DNA of 64,000 bases, from positions 480 through 64,479 of the forward strand of contig DAOVKJ010000001.1 in the NCBI GenBank assembly GCA_030631845.1, in the 5' to 3' direction. Each line of letters starts with the position of its first letter. Position 1 is the stretch's first letter. The DNA comes from Bacteroidota bacterium (lineage in GTDB: Bacteria; Bacteroidota; Bacteroidia; Bacteroidales; GCA-2748055). The notes under the pieces were generated by a model that worked only from the letters and a program-made list of their open reading frames with translations, was not told the DNA's origin and did no database searches. Positions 25,079-35,422 of the stretch are shown here, in pieces. The translations under genes were made by a program, and so were the position numbers.

Positions 25079-28036
25079 ATGTATTTAAACTGTCACTCAT
25101 ATTATAGCCTGCGGTACGGAACCATGGCGGTGGAGACACTGGTGGAGAGAGCAGCCGGAATGGGGATTGATGCGCTGGCCCTGACCGATATTAATAACTC
25201 CACAGGCATGGTCGATTTTGTCAGGGCGTGCCATCAGCACGGGGTTCATCCCATGGGCGGAATTGAATACCGCAATGGAGACAATTATCTCTATACGGGT
25301 CTTGCACGAAACTCCCGTGGTTTCAGGGAGCTGAACAGCTTTCTCTCCTATCACAACCAGTCGGGGCTCCCCCTGCCCGAGCGTGCCCCGCCCCTGGAGG
25401 ATGTATGGTTCATCTATGATTTTAGTAACAATCCCTGGCAGGGAAAGAGAGGTGGTGGTAAACTGCGTGACCGGGAGCTGATTGGTGTGCAGCCGGGTGA
25501 GCTAAACAGGTTGTTCACCTCCCGTTGGAACCAGGAGCGTTCAAGGCTGGTGATACGGCACCCGGTAACCTTTCTTCATAAAAGTGATCATGCACTGCAC
25601 CGGCACCTGAGGGCCATTGACCACAATATCCTGCTGAGCCAGTTGAAACCGGGGCAGATGGCCCACGAGAGTGAAGTACTGCTCTCGCCCGACCTGTTGC
25701 GCTGTGCCTACGATGAAGTTCCCCATATCAGGCGGAACACAGAAGAGATCGTGAAAGATTGCCGTATGGATTTCGACTTTACAACTATCAAGAATAAAAA
25801 GACCTTTACCGGGACGGCCCAGGATGACAGGGTCCTGCTGGAGAAACTGGCTATGGATGGTATGGAGTATCGCTACGGGCGCAGGAACCGGGAGGCCCTG
25901 AAACGGATCAGGCATGAATTGGAGATTATCGACCGGCTCGGTTTCTCCTCCTATTTCCTGATTACCTGGGATGTGATCCGCTACTCCATGTCGCGGGGCT
26001 TCTACCATGTAGGAAGGGGCAGCGGCGCCAACTCCATTGTGGCTTACTGCCTGCGGATCACAGATGTGGATCCCATCGACCTGGACCTCTATTTTGAACG
26101 TTTTATCAACCCCAAAAGAACCAGTCCACCCGATTTTGATATCGATTTTTCATGGAAGGAGCGGGATGAGGTGCTCGACTATATCTTTAAAAGGTACGGA
26201 CGCAAACATACAGCATTGATCGGGACCATCTCCACCTTCCGGGATCGTTCCATATTCAGGGAGCTGGGCAAGGTGTATGGCTTGCCCAAAGAGGAGATTG
26301 ACCTGCTTGTGAAGGATCCCGGGAGTGATTTGAATGAAAATCATATTACGCGAAATATTTATGAGGCCGGGAGCCGACTGATGGACTTTCCCAACCTGAG
26401 AAGTATTCATGCTGGCGGGGTGCTGATCTCGGAAGAGCCCCTGACCACTTATACCGCGCTGGATATGCCTCCCAAAGGACTTCCAACCACCCAGTGGGAT
26501 ATGTATGTGGCCGAAACACTGGGGTTCGAGAAACTGGACATCCTCAGTCAGCGTGGCATAGGGCACATCAAGGAGTGTGCGGAGATTGTCCGCCGGAACC
26601 GGGGGCTGGAGGTGGATGTGCACCGGGTGGATGATTTCAAAAAGGACAGGAAGGTTCTGGAGCAGCTGAAATCGGGTGAGACCAACGGCTGTTTCTATAT
26701 TGAGAGTCCGGCCATGCGCGGATTGCTCACCAAGCTTCGGTGCGACAATTACCGCACCCTGGTGGCAGCCAGCTCCATTATCCGACCGGGTGTGGCACAG
26801 TCGGGAATGATGCGTGAATATATCCACAGGTTCCACCACCCCGATACATTTAAGTACCTCCATCCCATTATGGAAGAGCAGTTGAAAGAGACCTTCGGAG
26901 TGATGGTATACCAGGAGGATGTGATCAAGATCTGTCACCACTTTGCCGGTCTGGATCTGGCAGATGCGGATGTACTGCGCAGGGCCATGAGTGGAAAGTA
27001 CCGCTCCAGGAGAGAGTTTGACCGGATTGCAGACCGTTTTTTTGACAATTGCCGTCTGCGGGGCTATCCCGACCGGCTCACCCATGAAGTATGGCGACAG
27101 ATCAACTCTTTTGCCGGTTACTCGTTTTCCAAGGCCCACTCGGCCTCTTTTGCAGTGGAGAGTTTTCAGTCGCTCTACCTGAAGAGCCACTATCCCCTGG
27201 AGTTTATGACAGCGGTTATCAATAATTTCGGGGGATATTACCGCACCTGGGTCTATTTCAATGAAGCGCAGCGCTGGGGGGGGATCATCCACCTCCCCTG
27301 TGTGAACCGGAGCGACCACAAAACTTCCATAACCGGTAAAGATATTTTTATGGGGTTTATCCATATTCAGAGCCTGGAACACCAGGTAGCGGAGATGATT
27401 ACCGGGGAGAGAGAGCAACATGGACTCTTTCGAAGCCTGGAGGATCTCCTTGAGCGTGTACCCCTGGGGCTTGAGCAGCTGATCATACTGATCCGGATCA
27501 ATGCCCTCCGCTTTACCGGGAAAAGCAAGAAGGAGCTATTATGGGATGCCCACCTGGTGCTGGGGAAGCGTAAAGAGAGGGCGCCCGTAAGGGAGCTGTT
27601 TCCTGTGCAGAAGCGGGAATTCACCCTGCCCAAACTGGAACAGACCTCCCTTGAGAATAGCTATGATGAGCTGGAGATCCTTGGTTTTGCGGTTACCATT
27701 CCAGCTTTTGAACTGCTTCAGACCGCTTTCCGGGGGGAGATCCTCTCCCGTCAGATGATGGAGCACCTGGGTAGAAAGGTGCGTATGCTGGGTAACCTTG
27801 TGACCGTCAAGCATGTGCGTACCAAGCAGAAACAGTGGATGAATTTTGGAACCTTCCTGGATGTGGAGGGTGAATTCTTTGATGTGGTCAACTTTCCCGA
27901 TTCGCTGAAACGTCACCCGTACAGGGGGAATGGAATCTACCTGCTTTATGGCGAAATTACTGAAGAGTTTGGATTTCCCGGGATGACGGTAGCGAAGATG
28001 GCCAGGCTCCCTTACAGGCCCGATCCCCGCTATTAA
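25079..28036 (+). CDS. dnaE2: Error-prone DNA polymerase III alpha-subunit paralogue (DnaE2-type)
   Basis: 985 aa. The N-terminal PHP domain reads YLNCHSYYSLRYGT...ALTDINN. Pol III alpha core motifs follow. The gene is paired with a Y-family polymerase under a LexA-like repressor. Confidence 0.85.
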   Translation: MYLNCHSYYSLRYGTMAVETLVERAAGMGIDALALTDINNSTGMVDFVRACHQHGVHPMGGIEYRNGDNYLYTGLARNSRGFRELNSFLSYHNQSGLPLPERAPPLEDVWFIYDFSNNPWQGKRGGGKLRDRELIGVQPGELNRLFTSRWNQERSRLVIRHPVTFLHKSDHALHRHLRAIDHNILLSQLKPGQMAHESEVLLSPDLLRCAYDEVPHIRRNTEEIVKDCRMDFDFTTIKNKKTFTGTAQDDRVLLEKLAMDGMEYRYGRRNREALKRIRHELEIIDRLGFSSYFLITWDVIRYSMSRGFYHVGRGSGANSIVAYCLRITDVDPIDLDLYFERFINPKRTSPPDFDIDFSWKERDEVLDYIFKRYGRKHTALIGTISTFRDRSIFRELGKVYGLPKEEIDLLVKDPGSDLNENHITRNIYEAGSRLMDFPNLRSIHAGGVLISEEPLTTYTALDMPPKGLPTTQWDMYVAETLGFEKLDILSQRGIGHIKECAEIVRRNRGLEVDVHRVDDFKKDRKVLEQLKSGETNGCFYIESPAMRGLLTKLRCDNYRTLVAASSIIRPGVAQSGMMREYIHRFHHPDTFKYLHPIMEEQLKETFGVMVYQEDVIKICHHFAGLDLADADVLRRAMSGKYRSRREFDRIADRFFDNCRLRGYPDRLTHEVWRQINSFAGYSFSKAHSASFAVESFQSLYLKSHYPLEFMTAVINNFGGYYRTWVYFNEAQRWGGIIHLPCVNRSDHKTSITGKDIFMGFIHIQSLEHQVAEMITGEREQHGLFRSLEDLLERVPLGLEQLIILIRINALRFTGKSKKELLWDAHLVLGKRKERAPVRELFPVQKREFTLPKLEQTSLENSYDELEILGFAVTIPAFELLQTAFRGEILSRQMMEHLGRKVRMLGNLVTVKHVRTKQKQWMNFGTFLDVEGEFFDVVNFPDSLKRHPYRGNGIYLLYGEITEEFGFPGMTVAKMARLPYRPDPRY

Positions 28037-28047
28037 CTGCTAACAGA

Positions 28048-30255
28048 CTATCTATCTATCCTTTTGATATTCAAAACCCCTTTTACCTTTTTCAATTTGC
28101 GGATAAGCGCTTCAAGGTGCTGGGTATCCTTTACAAACAGGGTGATGCTGCCTTCGAACATCCCGTCATTTGATTCAATGGATATGGATCGCATATTTAC
28201 CTGCAGATCTTTCGTGATCACATCTGAAATATTGCTAACGATTCCCAGGTCGTCCATCCCTGTGATGCGAAGTGTGACAGGGAAAAAAGTAACCTTTTCA
28301 CTACTGCTCCAGCGTGCCTTCACCACCCTGTAGCCATACCGTGAAAGTAACTGTTGTGCATTGGGACAGCTGGTCCGGTGGATGCTGATCCCGGAGCCGA
28401 TGGTTACAAATCCAAAAATGGCATCTCCCAGGATGGGATTGCAACAGGGTGCCAGTTTATACTCAACGTTGGCCAGCTTCTCATCGATAACCAGGAAGTC
28501 GCCCGACTCTCTGGAGGCTGCACTTACCAGTCGCTCAACCGACTCCTCTTCGATTTTTACGGGTTTGACTTCAAGCGGTTTTTCACTGCTGGTGAGCAGC
28601 TCTTTAATCTGGAGTAGTTCTACCTTCTCGGTGGCTACATCGAAATAGAGGTCAATGGCATCCCTGTATTTGAAATGCTGTATCACCTTGCGGATACTGC
28701 TGTCATCAAATTCAACCTTCCAGTTTCGGAATCTTCTTTTCAGAATCTCTTTGCCATGTTCCGCCTCTTTCAGTTTCGCCTCTTTCAGTGCATGCTTGAT
28801 TTTCCCTTTGGCTTTGGATGTAACCACCACATTGAGCCAGTCCATCTTGGGTTTCTGGCTCTTGGATCTCAGGATCTCCACCTTATCGCCGTTCTGCAAG
28901 CGGTAACGGATGGGAACATTTTTACTGTTGACCCGTGCTCCTGCGCAGGAGGCGCCTACGTCTGTATGGATATCAAATGCAAAATCGAGCACCGTGGCAT
29001 TCTCGGGGAATTTTTTCAGGTCGCCGTTGGGCGTGAATACAAATATCTCTTTACTGAACTGACTCAGTTTCAGATCCTCCATAAGATTTGAAGCATCCAT
29101 TTCCGAGTTTTCAAGCGTCTCCCTTACCCGCTCGATCCACTGGTCTATACCGGCCTGTCCCTTGATACCTTTATACTTCCAGTGTGCAGCCAGTCCCTTC
29201 TCTGCAATCTCATTCATCCGGGCGGTCCTGATCTGCACCTCCACCCACTCACCACCCGGTACAACCACAGTTGTATGAAGTGATTCATAGCCGTTGGACT
29301 TGGGGGCCGAGATCCAGTCGCGCAAACGCTCGGGGTTGGGTTGATAGTGGTCCGTAATAATGCTGTATGCCTTCCAGCAGTCGGCCTTTGCCTTTTTTTC
29401 AGGGGTATCAATGATGATCCGGATTGCAAATTTATCATAGACCTCTTCGAACTCCACCTTCTGCCTGCGCATTTTTCGCCAGATGGAAGAGATCGCTTTG
29501 GGTCTTCCCCTGATCTCTGCCCTGAACTTCTCCCTATTAAAGTCCTCCTGAAGCGGTTGAATAAACTCCCGGATAAAGCGGTTCCTTCGCTGGGTAGAAG
29601 CCTTCAGCTTTTCGGCGATGGAGTTGAATGCCTCCTGCTCCAGAATACTCATGGAGATATCCTCCATTTCGGACATCACATTGTACAATCCAAGCCTGTG
29701 GGCAAGTGGAGAGTAGATAAACCTCGATTCACAGGAGAGTGCGATCTGCTCCTTTTCGTTCAGGACCTCCATCAGTCTCATCATGTTGAGCCTCTCTGCA
29801 ATTTTAACCAGGATCACCCGAAAGTCTGTTGCCAGCGTCAGAATCAGGTTCCTCATATTTTCGGACTGACCCTGGATGATGGTGGTGTCCAGATTGCTGA
29901 TTTTTAACAGCTCCTCTATTACAGTGGCTGTTCGCTCCCCCACACCCAATGTGACATCTTCAACGGAGATGTGATTCAGTTCAACACAGTGCAGCAGCAA
30001 CGCGGCAGAGACCCCGATGGCATCCAGGCCGAGCTCCTTCACGGTCATCTTCGCCAGTCCTGATGAGAATTTTACCAGGTGAGTGCCATAGAGCTCCTGT
30101 GATTCATCGGTATGGGTCAGAAGGAATTCAAACGAGCTTCTGACCAGTGCCAGAGAACTTTTATCGTACTCATCACCACAAATACGCATCAGTTCCCGGA
30201 ATTGAGCGAGAATCTCCTTTTGCAGAGGTTTTGAATATTTATCAATGATCTCCAT
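28048..30255 (-). CDS. RelA/SpoT family (p)ppGpp synthetase/hydrolase
   Basis: 735 aa. The synthetase core contains YESLHTTVV. The TGS domain reads IFVFTPNGDLKKFPENATVLDFAF. The C-terminus is ACT-like. Confidence 0.9.
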   Translation of the reverse strand: MEIIDKYSKPLQKEILAQFRELMRICGDEYDKSSLALVRSSFEFLLTHTDESQELYGTHLVKFSSGLAKMTVKELGLDAIGVSAALLLHCVELNHISVEDVTLGVGERTATVIEELLKISNLDTTIIQGQSENMRNLILTLATDFRVILVKIAERLNMMRLMEVLNEKEQIALSCESRFIYSPLAHRLGLYNVMSEMEDISMSILEQEAFNSIAEKLKASTQRRNRFIREFIQPLQEDFNREKFRAEIRGRPKAISSIWRKMRRQKVEFEEVYDKFAIRIIIDTPEKKAKADCWKAYSIITDHYQPNPERLRDWISAPKSNGYESLHTTVVVPGGEWVEVQIRTARMNEIAEKGLAAHWKYKGIKGQAGIDQWIERVRETLENSEMDASNLMEDLKLSQFSKEIFVFTPNGDLKKFPENATVLDFAFDIHTDVGASCAGARVNSKNVPIRYRLQNGDKVEILRSKSQKPKMDWLNVVVTSKAKGKIKHALKEAKLKEAEHGKEILKRRFRNWKVEFDDSSIRKVIQHFKYRDAIDLYFDVATEKVELLQIKELLTSSEKPLEVKPVKIEEESVERLVSAASRESGDFLVIDEKLANVEYKLAPCCNPILGDAIFGFVTIGSGISIHRTSCPNAQQLLSRYGYRVVKARWSSSEKVTFFPVTLRITGMDDLGIVSNISDVITKDLQVNMRSISIESNDGMFEGSITLFVKDTQHLEALIRKLKKVKGVLNIKRIDR

Positions 30256-30282
30256 GCAGGCTGCTTTGCATGGTAAAAGTAG

Positions 30283-32559
30283 TTAATTTATACAGGGAAT
30301 TACAACTTCAAAGGTGGAGCCTTTGCCTTGTTCGCTGGTAATGGATAGCTTCCCATTGTGAAGTTTTGTAAACTCCCGGACCAGGGTCAAACCCATGCCT
30401 GCCCCCTTTTCGTTGGCTGTCCCCCTGCGGGAAACACCCCCGTTGAGCGTGACCTTATGCGCCTCCTCCTCTGTCATACCGATCCCCTGATCCGATATCC
30501 GGAAATGGGTCATTCCATCAACGCTGCTGAGTCCGATGGTGATGGTTCCACCTGGATTTGAAAACTTGATGGCATTAGAGATCAGGTTCCTGTAGATGGT
30601 CTCCATCATTATTTTATCGGCATAGCAGGTGATGGTCCCGTCGATCTTCTTTATAAATTCAAGTTCCTTGCTTTTGGCACTTTCGCTGTAAAGTGACAGG
30701 CAGTTGCTTACCAGTGTATTGAGCTTCACCTCCTCCGGATGGTAGTTGGAAGCTCCCTCATCAAGGCGTGACCAGTGCAGCAGGTTCTCCAGCAATTCCA
30801 GTGAATAGGAGGCAGAATTCTTCAGGTTGCCCAGCAATCTTTTCCGGTCAATCTCAACCTTATCATCTCCCTCAATCCTGTTCAACACCTCCACGGCTGT
30901 TAACTGGTTACCGATGGGTCCCCTCAGGTCATGGGCAATGATCGACATCATCCTGTCCTTGGTTTTATTCACATGGTCCAGCTTCAAATTCTGTTTGGTA
31001 ATGACCAGGTTCTTCTCCTCCAGTTTAAGAGAGGTGTTTTTATGACGACGCATAAAGTAGAGCACCAGGATCAAACCCAGTAGCAACACCGAGACAATAA
31101 CCAGACTGGTGTGAAAGACCAATGTTCTTTTTCGCACCAGCAACTGGTCGAGGTTGGATTGGATCCTCAGGTTCTCAATTTCCTGCTGAAGCACCTTTGA
31201 ACGGGTTCTGAACTCCATCTCCATAGCAGCTTTGGCGGTGGCCTCATCCATCAGGCTGTCGGTGTATAGGTGATGCTGCATGGCAAACTTATAGGCCGAC
31301 CTGTAATCGCCACGTTTGACCGCTATCTCTCTTTTGATCAGGTAGCCCTCGGCCATATACTCCATGGCGCGGATCTCACCGGCAATCTCAAGTGCCATAT
31401 CTGCCATCCGCTTCGCCTCACTGTATCTCTCCTGGTCAACTCCGATGGTACCCAGTCCCAGGTAACACCTGATGAGCCCGTCGGGATCATCCAGCTTCTT
31501 CTTATGCGGAATGGCCCTGTTTATAAGATCAATGGCTTTCTCATACTCCTCCATCATCGTGTGGATAACGGCCAGGTGGATATAACAATTGGAAATAATC
31601 CTTTCATCTCCCAGTTCGATTTTAATCTCCATTCCCTGCTGTACATACTCAAGCCCCTTTTCAGGCTCACCCATATCCGCATAGTTGGTGCCGATATTGA
31701 TCAGGCAATTGGATTCCTGTACCGGGTCATTGTGTGACCTGCTGACCTTCAGGGAGCGCTGATAGAGGTTGAGCGCTTCATCATGGTTTCCTATTTTATT
31801 CTGTATGACCCCTGAGTTGGAGAGGCAGAGAGATATGGTTCTCTGGGCGTTTTTCCGTTCTGCAATCTCAAGTGCCTTACCAAAGTACTCCAAGGCCCGT
31901 TCGTACCCCCCCAGTAATACAAACAGATTGCCCATATTGATAAAGGCTTGAGATATATCAAGCGCATCCTGTACACTATCGAGGTAGACTACAGATTCCT
32001 GGTATACGGAGAGGGCCTCCACATAATCGCCTCTGTTTTTGTGGATAATTCCCATGTTATTCAGGCAGCGGCTAATTCCGATAACCATGTTATTTCTTCT
32101 GTAGTAGTCCAGGGCTGTCTGGTAATGGTTCATGGCCTGGGTATACTCCGATTGGAACAGGTAGACATTTCCTTTATCCTTTATGGTTTCGAAGAAATTC
32201 ACTTGATCGTCTGCTTCATTGAAACAGGCCAGGGCACGGTCATAATGCAGTATCGCCTCTTTATAGGAGCCACACCGGGCATTTATCTTTCCATCTATCT
32301 TGTAATACCGCCCCAATCCATTAATATCGTTCAGGGTTTCTGCAATCTCCTTTCCCCTCTCCAGATAGGAAAATGAGAGAAGTGTATCTGATGCACCTAC
32401 CTCTTCTGCGAGGTCAAACAGAATCCGCATACGGATCGAATCGGCAATATCCCCCTCAATCTGAGCTTTCAGGCTGTCGTGTCTGTGTTGATCCGTTGCA
32501 GGTAACTGAACGGAGAAAAGAACCAGAATAAGTATGAAGAGGGTCCGGTGCAACAACAT
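30283..32559 (-). CDS. TPR-repeat sensor histidine kinase, paralogous in architecture to 953..2992
   Basis: A long TPR array and one TM helix (VIVSVLLLGLILVLYF) precede the kinase core. The H-box is SIIAHDLRGPIGN, and GAGMGLTLVREF is also present. I prefer the start at 32559 (MLLHRTLFILIL...). Confidence 0.9.
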   Translation of the reverse strand: MLLHRTLFILILVLFSVQLPATDQHRHDSLKAQIEGDIADSIRMRILFDLAEEVGASDTLLSFSYLERGKEIAETLNDINGLGRYYKIDGKINARCGSYKEAILHYDRALACFNEADDQVNFFETIKDKGNVYLFQSEYTQAMNHYQTALDYYRRNNMVIGISRCLNNMGIIHKNRGDYVEALSVYQESVVYLDSVQDALDISQAFINMGNLFVLLGGYERALEYFGKALEIAERKNAQRTISLCLSNSGVIQNKIGNHDEALNLYQRSLKVSRSHNDPVQESNCLINIGTNYADMGEPEKGLEYVQQGMEIKIELGDERIISNCYIHLAVIHTMMEEYEKAIDLINRAIPHKKKLDDPDGLIRCYLGLGTIGVDQERYSEAKRMADMALEIAGEIRAMEYMAEGYLIKREIAVKRGDYRSAYKFAMQHHLYTDSLMDEATAKAAMEMEFRTRSKVLQQEIENLRIQSNLDQLLVRKRTLVFHTSLVIVSVLLLGLILVLYFMRRHKNTSLKLEEKNLVITKQNLKLDHVNKTKDRMMSIIAHDLRGPIGNQLTAVEVLNRIEGDDKVEIDRKRLLGNLKNSASYSLELLENLLHWSRLDEGASNYHPEEVKLNTLVSNCLSLYSESAKSKELEFIKKIDGTITCYADKIMMETIYRNLISNAIKFSNPGGTITIGLSSVDGMTHFRISDQGIGMTEEEAHKVTLNGGVSRRGTANEKGAGMGLTLVREFTKLHNGKLSITSEQGKGSTFEVVIPCIN

Positions 32560-32647
32560 AGAGGGCTGTTTAGAGGGGATAAATGTAAGAAATTTTACTC
32601 CCTTTAAAATTTTCAGTGATATTTGTATACCCAAAAAAACCAGACCT

Positions 32648-34249
32648 ATGGCCAGAAAAATTGCAATCCCGCATACCTATGTGATCGTATTTGCCTTTAT
32701 AGCTGCAGCTGCGCTGCTTACCTGGATACTACCCGGGGGAGAATTTGAAAGAGAGAGTGTGGATGTAAACGGAACGATGCGGGAGGTCATTGTACAAGGA
32801 TCTTTCCATGATGCTGAAAAACATCCGCAAACGTGGCAGCTGTTCAGTGCCCTGTTTGACGGGTTTGCTGGCAAGGCCGATATCATTGTATTTATACTGA
32901 TCATCGGGGGGGCATTCTGGATCATGAACGACAGCAAAGCCATTGATGTGGGTATACAGTCGTTCCTGATTCGTGCCAGGAGACTGGAACGGCACAGGTT
33001 TTTCAGGTGGCTGGGTGTCGACAATATGATTATCACGCTGATTATGCTGGTGTTCAGTATGTTTGGGGCCACATTTGGAATGAGTGAAGAGACCATTGCA
33101 TTTATTATCATCTTTGTTCCCCTCTCTGTATCCATGGGATATGACTCCATTGTGGGACTGAGCATGTGTTTTGTGGGTGCCGCACTGGGGTTTGCCGGAG
33201 CGCTTCTGAATCCTTTTACCATTGGTATTGCACAGGGACTTTCAAGCCTGCCGCTCTTTTCAGGAATTGAGTACAGGCTCTTTGTCTGGGTTGTTATTAA
33301 TCTCTTTGGAATCGGTTGGGTTTTACGCTATGCAGCCCGTATCCGAAAGAATCCCAAAGCCTCTCCTGTATATGAATCTGATAGCTACTGGAGGGGAAAA
33401 GAGGGAGTCGATCTGGAACACCTGGAGTACCGTACACCTGTAATGGCCTGGATAACATTTATTATCCTACTTGGGGGAATGACCGTTTTTGCAGTACTGG
33501 AACCACTCTCAACCCTGCGTGTCGGAAACAGTGAGTACACTTTCAGCTTTCTTCCTGTCATTGCCGGGTTATTTGCCATTTCGGGAGTTGCAACCCTTCG
33601 CAAATCGGTTCATTTCTTTATTCTGAATATACTGATTTTTACAATTATCTACCTGATTGTCGGGGTCATGGGGTACGGTTGGTTTGTAAAAGAGATTGCC
33701 ACCCTCTTCCTGGTGATGGGTATCTTTTCAGGCATGGCCATGAACAGGAGCGCCAACCAGATCACAAAACTGTTTATAGAGGGGATGCGTGACATTCTCT
33801 CTGCTGCTGTGGTGGTTGGACTGGCGGGTGGTATCCTGGTGATCCTTGAGGACGGAAAGGTCATCGATTCCATGTTGTACAGTATTGCCCAATCAATGCA
33901 GGAGTTTGGTAAACTGGCATCAGTCAGTATGATGTATATGATCCAGACCCTGATCAATATTGTGATCCCCAGCGGTTCTGCAAAAGCGGCACTGACCATG
34001 CCCATCATGTCGCAGTTTTCTGACCTCATCGGTGTGTCGAGGCAGGCCACGGTGATGGCTTTTCAATTGGGCGATGGCTTTACCAATATGATCACTCCCA
34101 CCTCCCCCGTACTGATCGGTGTGCTGGGCGTAGCCAAAATACCTTATGAAAAATGGCTCAAGTGGGTATTGCCTTTTATGGCCATTTTGATCTTCCTGGG
34201 ATGGTTGCTGCTGATTCCCACGGTGACCATGAACCTGAACGGCTTTTAA
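32648..34249 (+). CDS. YfcC / C4-dicarboxylate anaerobic carrier family membrane transporter
   Basis: The protein is polytopic. Its N-terminus is MARKIAIPHTYVIVFAFIAAAALLTWILPGGEF, typical of YfcC. I use the ATG at 32648; the track start at 32534 would overlap the divergent kinase gene. Confidence 0.8.
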   Translation: MARKIAIPHTYVIVFAFIAAAALLTWILPGGEFERESVDVNGTMREVIVQGSFHDAEKHPQTWQLFSALFDGFAGKADIIVFILIIGGAFWIMNDSKAIDVGIQSFLIRARRLERHRFFRWLGVDNMIITLIMLVFSMFGATFGMSEETIAFIIIFVPLSVSMGYDSIVGLSMCFVGAALGFAGALLNPFTIGIAQGLSSLPLFSGIEYRLFVWVVINLFGIGWVLRYAARIRKNPKASPVYESDSYWRGKEGVDLEHLEYRTPVMAWITFIILLGGMTVFAVLEPLSTLRVGNSEYTFSFLPVIAGLFAISGVATLRKSVHFFILNILIFTIIYLIVGVMGYGWFVKEIATLFLVMGIFSGMAMNRSANQITKLFIEGMRDILSAAVVVGLAGGILVILEDGKVIDSMLYSIAQSMQEFGKLASVSMMYMIQTLINIVIPSGSAKAALTMPIMSQFSDLIGVSRQATVMAFQLGDGFTNMITPTSPVLIGVLGVAKIPYEKWLKWVLPFMAILIFLGWLLLIPTVTMNLNGF

Positions 34250-34267
34250 ACTCCGGAATGGTTCTGA

Positions 34268-35371
34268 TTACCTGAAACTGATCCCAATACCCACCGATTG
34301 TGTAGCATAGAGGGTGTAAGTAAAATCGTAATGGAGGGTCAGCACCCCCAGCTTTATCCTTGCCCCCACATTCACACGCAGGTTATTAAAATTTTTATAG
34401 CTCGTCTCAATGGGATTCTCCAGTATCTCATAGGTGATTTTCCATTCGGCATCGGTCTCATCAAAAATTACCGTATGGATGGGATAGTGACCCTCCATCA
34501 ACAGCTCCACGTTGGAGCTGGCATAGCCTATCCCCTCGTAGAAGGTGATCACCGGCAGGGTTTGAGAGGCAATCAGGTTGACCGTCCACCCTTCCACTTT
34601 CTGCGTAACAAACTGATCGTCCCAGTCAAAATCGGGGTAGTTATCAACCTCCACAAGCGATTGGGGTTCAACCACCACATGAACCGACGATGAGACCTTG
34701 GTATAACCGCCCTGCAGAATGATATCGAGAAATTTCAGTTTATTGATAAAGGGGAGCCATTGCGAAATGGAGTGCTTCCCTCCTACTCCCCAAAGACCGA
34801 TCTCTCCGTAATCTTTATACCCGACAGAGGGTATAAACCGGGCTGAAACATCGGTTCCAAATGGAAGTCCCACAGTCAGTTGCAGCATGGGAAGCGGAAT
34901 AAAATCGACTCCGGCACCGTCAGGTACCGTGAAGTTGGAGTACTCGATCTCCTGCATATTCCCTCCACCCATGTCGACCATTTGCGTATAAGAGATGCTT
35001 GGACGATCCTCCTGGCTGCCTGCAACGGTAGGCGCAACAGTTGTAGGGCCCGGGTCGACTGTACCATTCAAATTCAGTGTACCCAGGTCATAGGTAAGGG
35101 CCGAGGAAGGGGCTTTGGCCCAGCTTACAGTAGCCGTCACATCCAATCCGCCCAATTTATGAGGCCTGGCAGTATTGTACCATCCTGCATTCAGGTCCGA
35201 TCCCAGGATATTGGCATAAGGTTTCAGGTACTCCTGTAGAATTACCTCTGCATCTTCAACACCTCCATAGATAAAATCCAGGGAGAGTGGTTGTGAAAAA
35301 AGTGGAATCAATATCCCTCCGAATAAGATTGATAGAATGAGCCTGGCCCTTGTTGCGATTCGTTTCATCAT
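34268..35371 (-). CDS. Hypothetical outer-membrane (beta-barrel-like) protein
   Basis: The signal peptide is MMKRIATRARLILSILFGGILIPLFSQ. The composition is beta-rich with alternating residues. I use the start at 35371; the track's upstream extension overlaps the rarA promoter. Confidence 0.6.
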   Translation of the reverse strand: MMKRIATRARLILSILFGGILIPLFSQPLSLDFIYGGVEDAEVILQEYLKPYANILGSDLNAGWYNTARPHKLGGLDVTATVSWAKAPSSALTYDLGTLNLNGTVDPGPTTVAPTVAGSQEDRPSISYTQMVDMGGGNMQEIEYSNFTVPDGAGVDFIPLPMLQLTVGLPFGTDVSARFIPSVGYKDYGEIGLWGVGGKHSISQWLPFINKLKFLDIILQGGYTKVSSSVHVVVEPQSLVEVDNYPDFDWDDQFVTQKVEGWTVNLIASQTLPVITFYEGIGYASSNVELLMEGHYPIHTVIFDETDAEWKITYEILENPIETSYKNFNNLRVNVGARIKLGVLTLHYDFTYTLYATQSVGIGISFR

Positions 35372-35422
35372 ATTATGGTTTACTTTCCGTGACAAAATTA
35401 AAAAAAACCTAAATTTGTCAAC

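Noticed and set aside
26150-27421. 423-aa ORF antisense within dnaE2
   Set aside because: It lies wholly inside a well-supported polymerase gene on the opposite strand. Its composition (rich in G, P, H and V) is typical of an antisense shadow, and I recognised no motifs.
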